NCBI GenBank assembly: GCA_012026655.1 | Contig: JAAILG010000631.1 | Location: 1 to 64,000, forward strand | DNA length: 64,000 bases | Direction of reading: 5' to 3' | Source: Hydrolagus affinis | Lineage: Eukaryota | Shown here: in pieces, positions 63,644-64,000 of the stretch | How the letters are laid out: each line of letters opens with the position of its first letter | How positions within the stretch are numbered: the stretch's first letter is position 1 | Notes under the pieces: model-generated | Databases searched by the model: none | What the model was told of the DNA's origin: nothing | The model's input: only the letters and a program-made list of their open reading frames with translations | Position numbers and translations under genes: made by a program

Positions 63644-63982
63644 GTGGAGCTCCTGTGGCTCAGTGGTTAGAGCACTTGTCTTGCAAGCTGGGGAGACCAA
63701 GCTGGGGAGACCTGTGTTCGAATCCAGGCAGGTCAGGGCGAAACCTTGGGCAAATTTCCTTACTCCACACGCCTAATAATAATCCCTCCAAAAAAATCAC
63801 AATAATAAAATTGGTCATTTCAATCCACGACTGTTTGTGGGACACTGTGCGCAGTTGGCTGCCATGATTCACCCACAAATATATACAGTCAATTCACTTT
63901 ACAGTATATTCTGTGAAGCGCTTTGGGACATTGATAAAATGTGGAAAGTGCTATATCAAATGCAAGGATTATTATTATTATT
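63644..63982 (+). mobile_element. Full-length SINE nested in the CR1
   Basis: gtggagctcctgtggctcagtgg...gcaaggattattattattatt; CR1 sequence resumes with atcctttctatagtgtgg. Confidence 0.92.
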
Positions 63983-64000
63983 ATCCTTTCTATAGTGTGG

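Noticed and set aside
1033-63878. Most short ORFs in the supplied track
   Set aside because: They are repeat-derived, antisense to real exons, or random in AT-rich introns; only those overlapping ZZZ3, AK5 and PIGK exons or LINE remnants are meaningful
1-64000. CRISPR array or prokaryotic/viral system
   Set aside because: No regularly spaced repeat-spacer array and no long intronless ORFs; everything fits vertebrate exon-intron structure

Overview
AT-rich vertebrate genomic DNA. The repeats (a very abundant tRNA-headed SINE with an L2-type 3' tail, L2 and CR1 LINEs, Deu-domain SINE and Penelope-like remnants) suggest a cartilaginous fish, probably a chimaera; this assignment is inference. 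The window carries the conserved ZZZ3-AK5-PIGK block. It holds the last 3 coding exons of ZZZ3 (+, 747-3125), a near-complete AK5 (-, ATG 39529 to stop 7371; 13 clear exons plus a candidate linker exon, about 561 aa) and PIGK exons 1-10 (+, from 43028; the canonical last exon is not seen). AK5 is the most interesting gene. Its second kinase domain keeps intact frames and splice sites but has lost the P-loop glycine (GKGT to GKRT), the NMP-site glycine and three LID arginines. The only linker-exon candidate I found has two competing acceptors, one giving an in-frame stop and one giving full length. Exon 8 has a diverged duplicate carrying an in-frame TGA. Other items: a Penelope-type hammerhead ribozyme core between AK5 and PIGK, a tail-to-tail SINE palindrome, two pre-miRNA-sized near-perfect hairpins (one with MITE features) and a possible alternative PIGK terminal exon lacking the TM helix. 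No prokaryotic features or CRISPR. One 100-N gap. Comparisons with human proteins and exon sizes are from memory, not from a database search.
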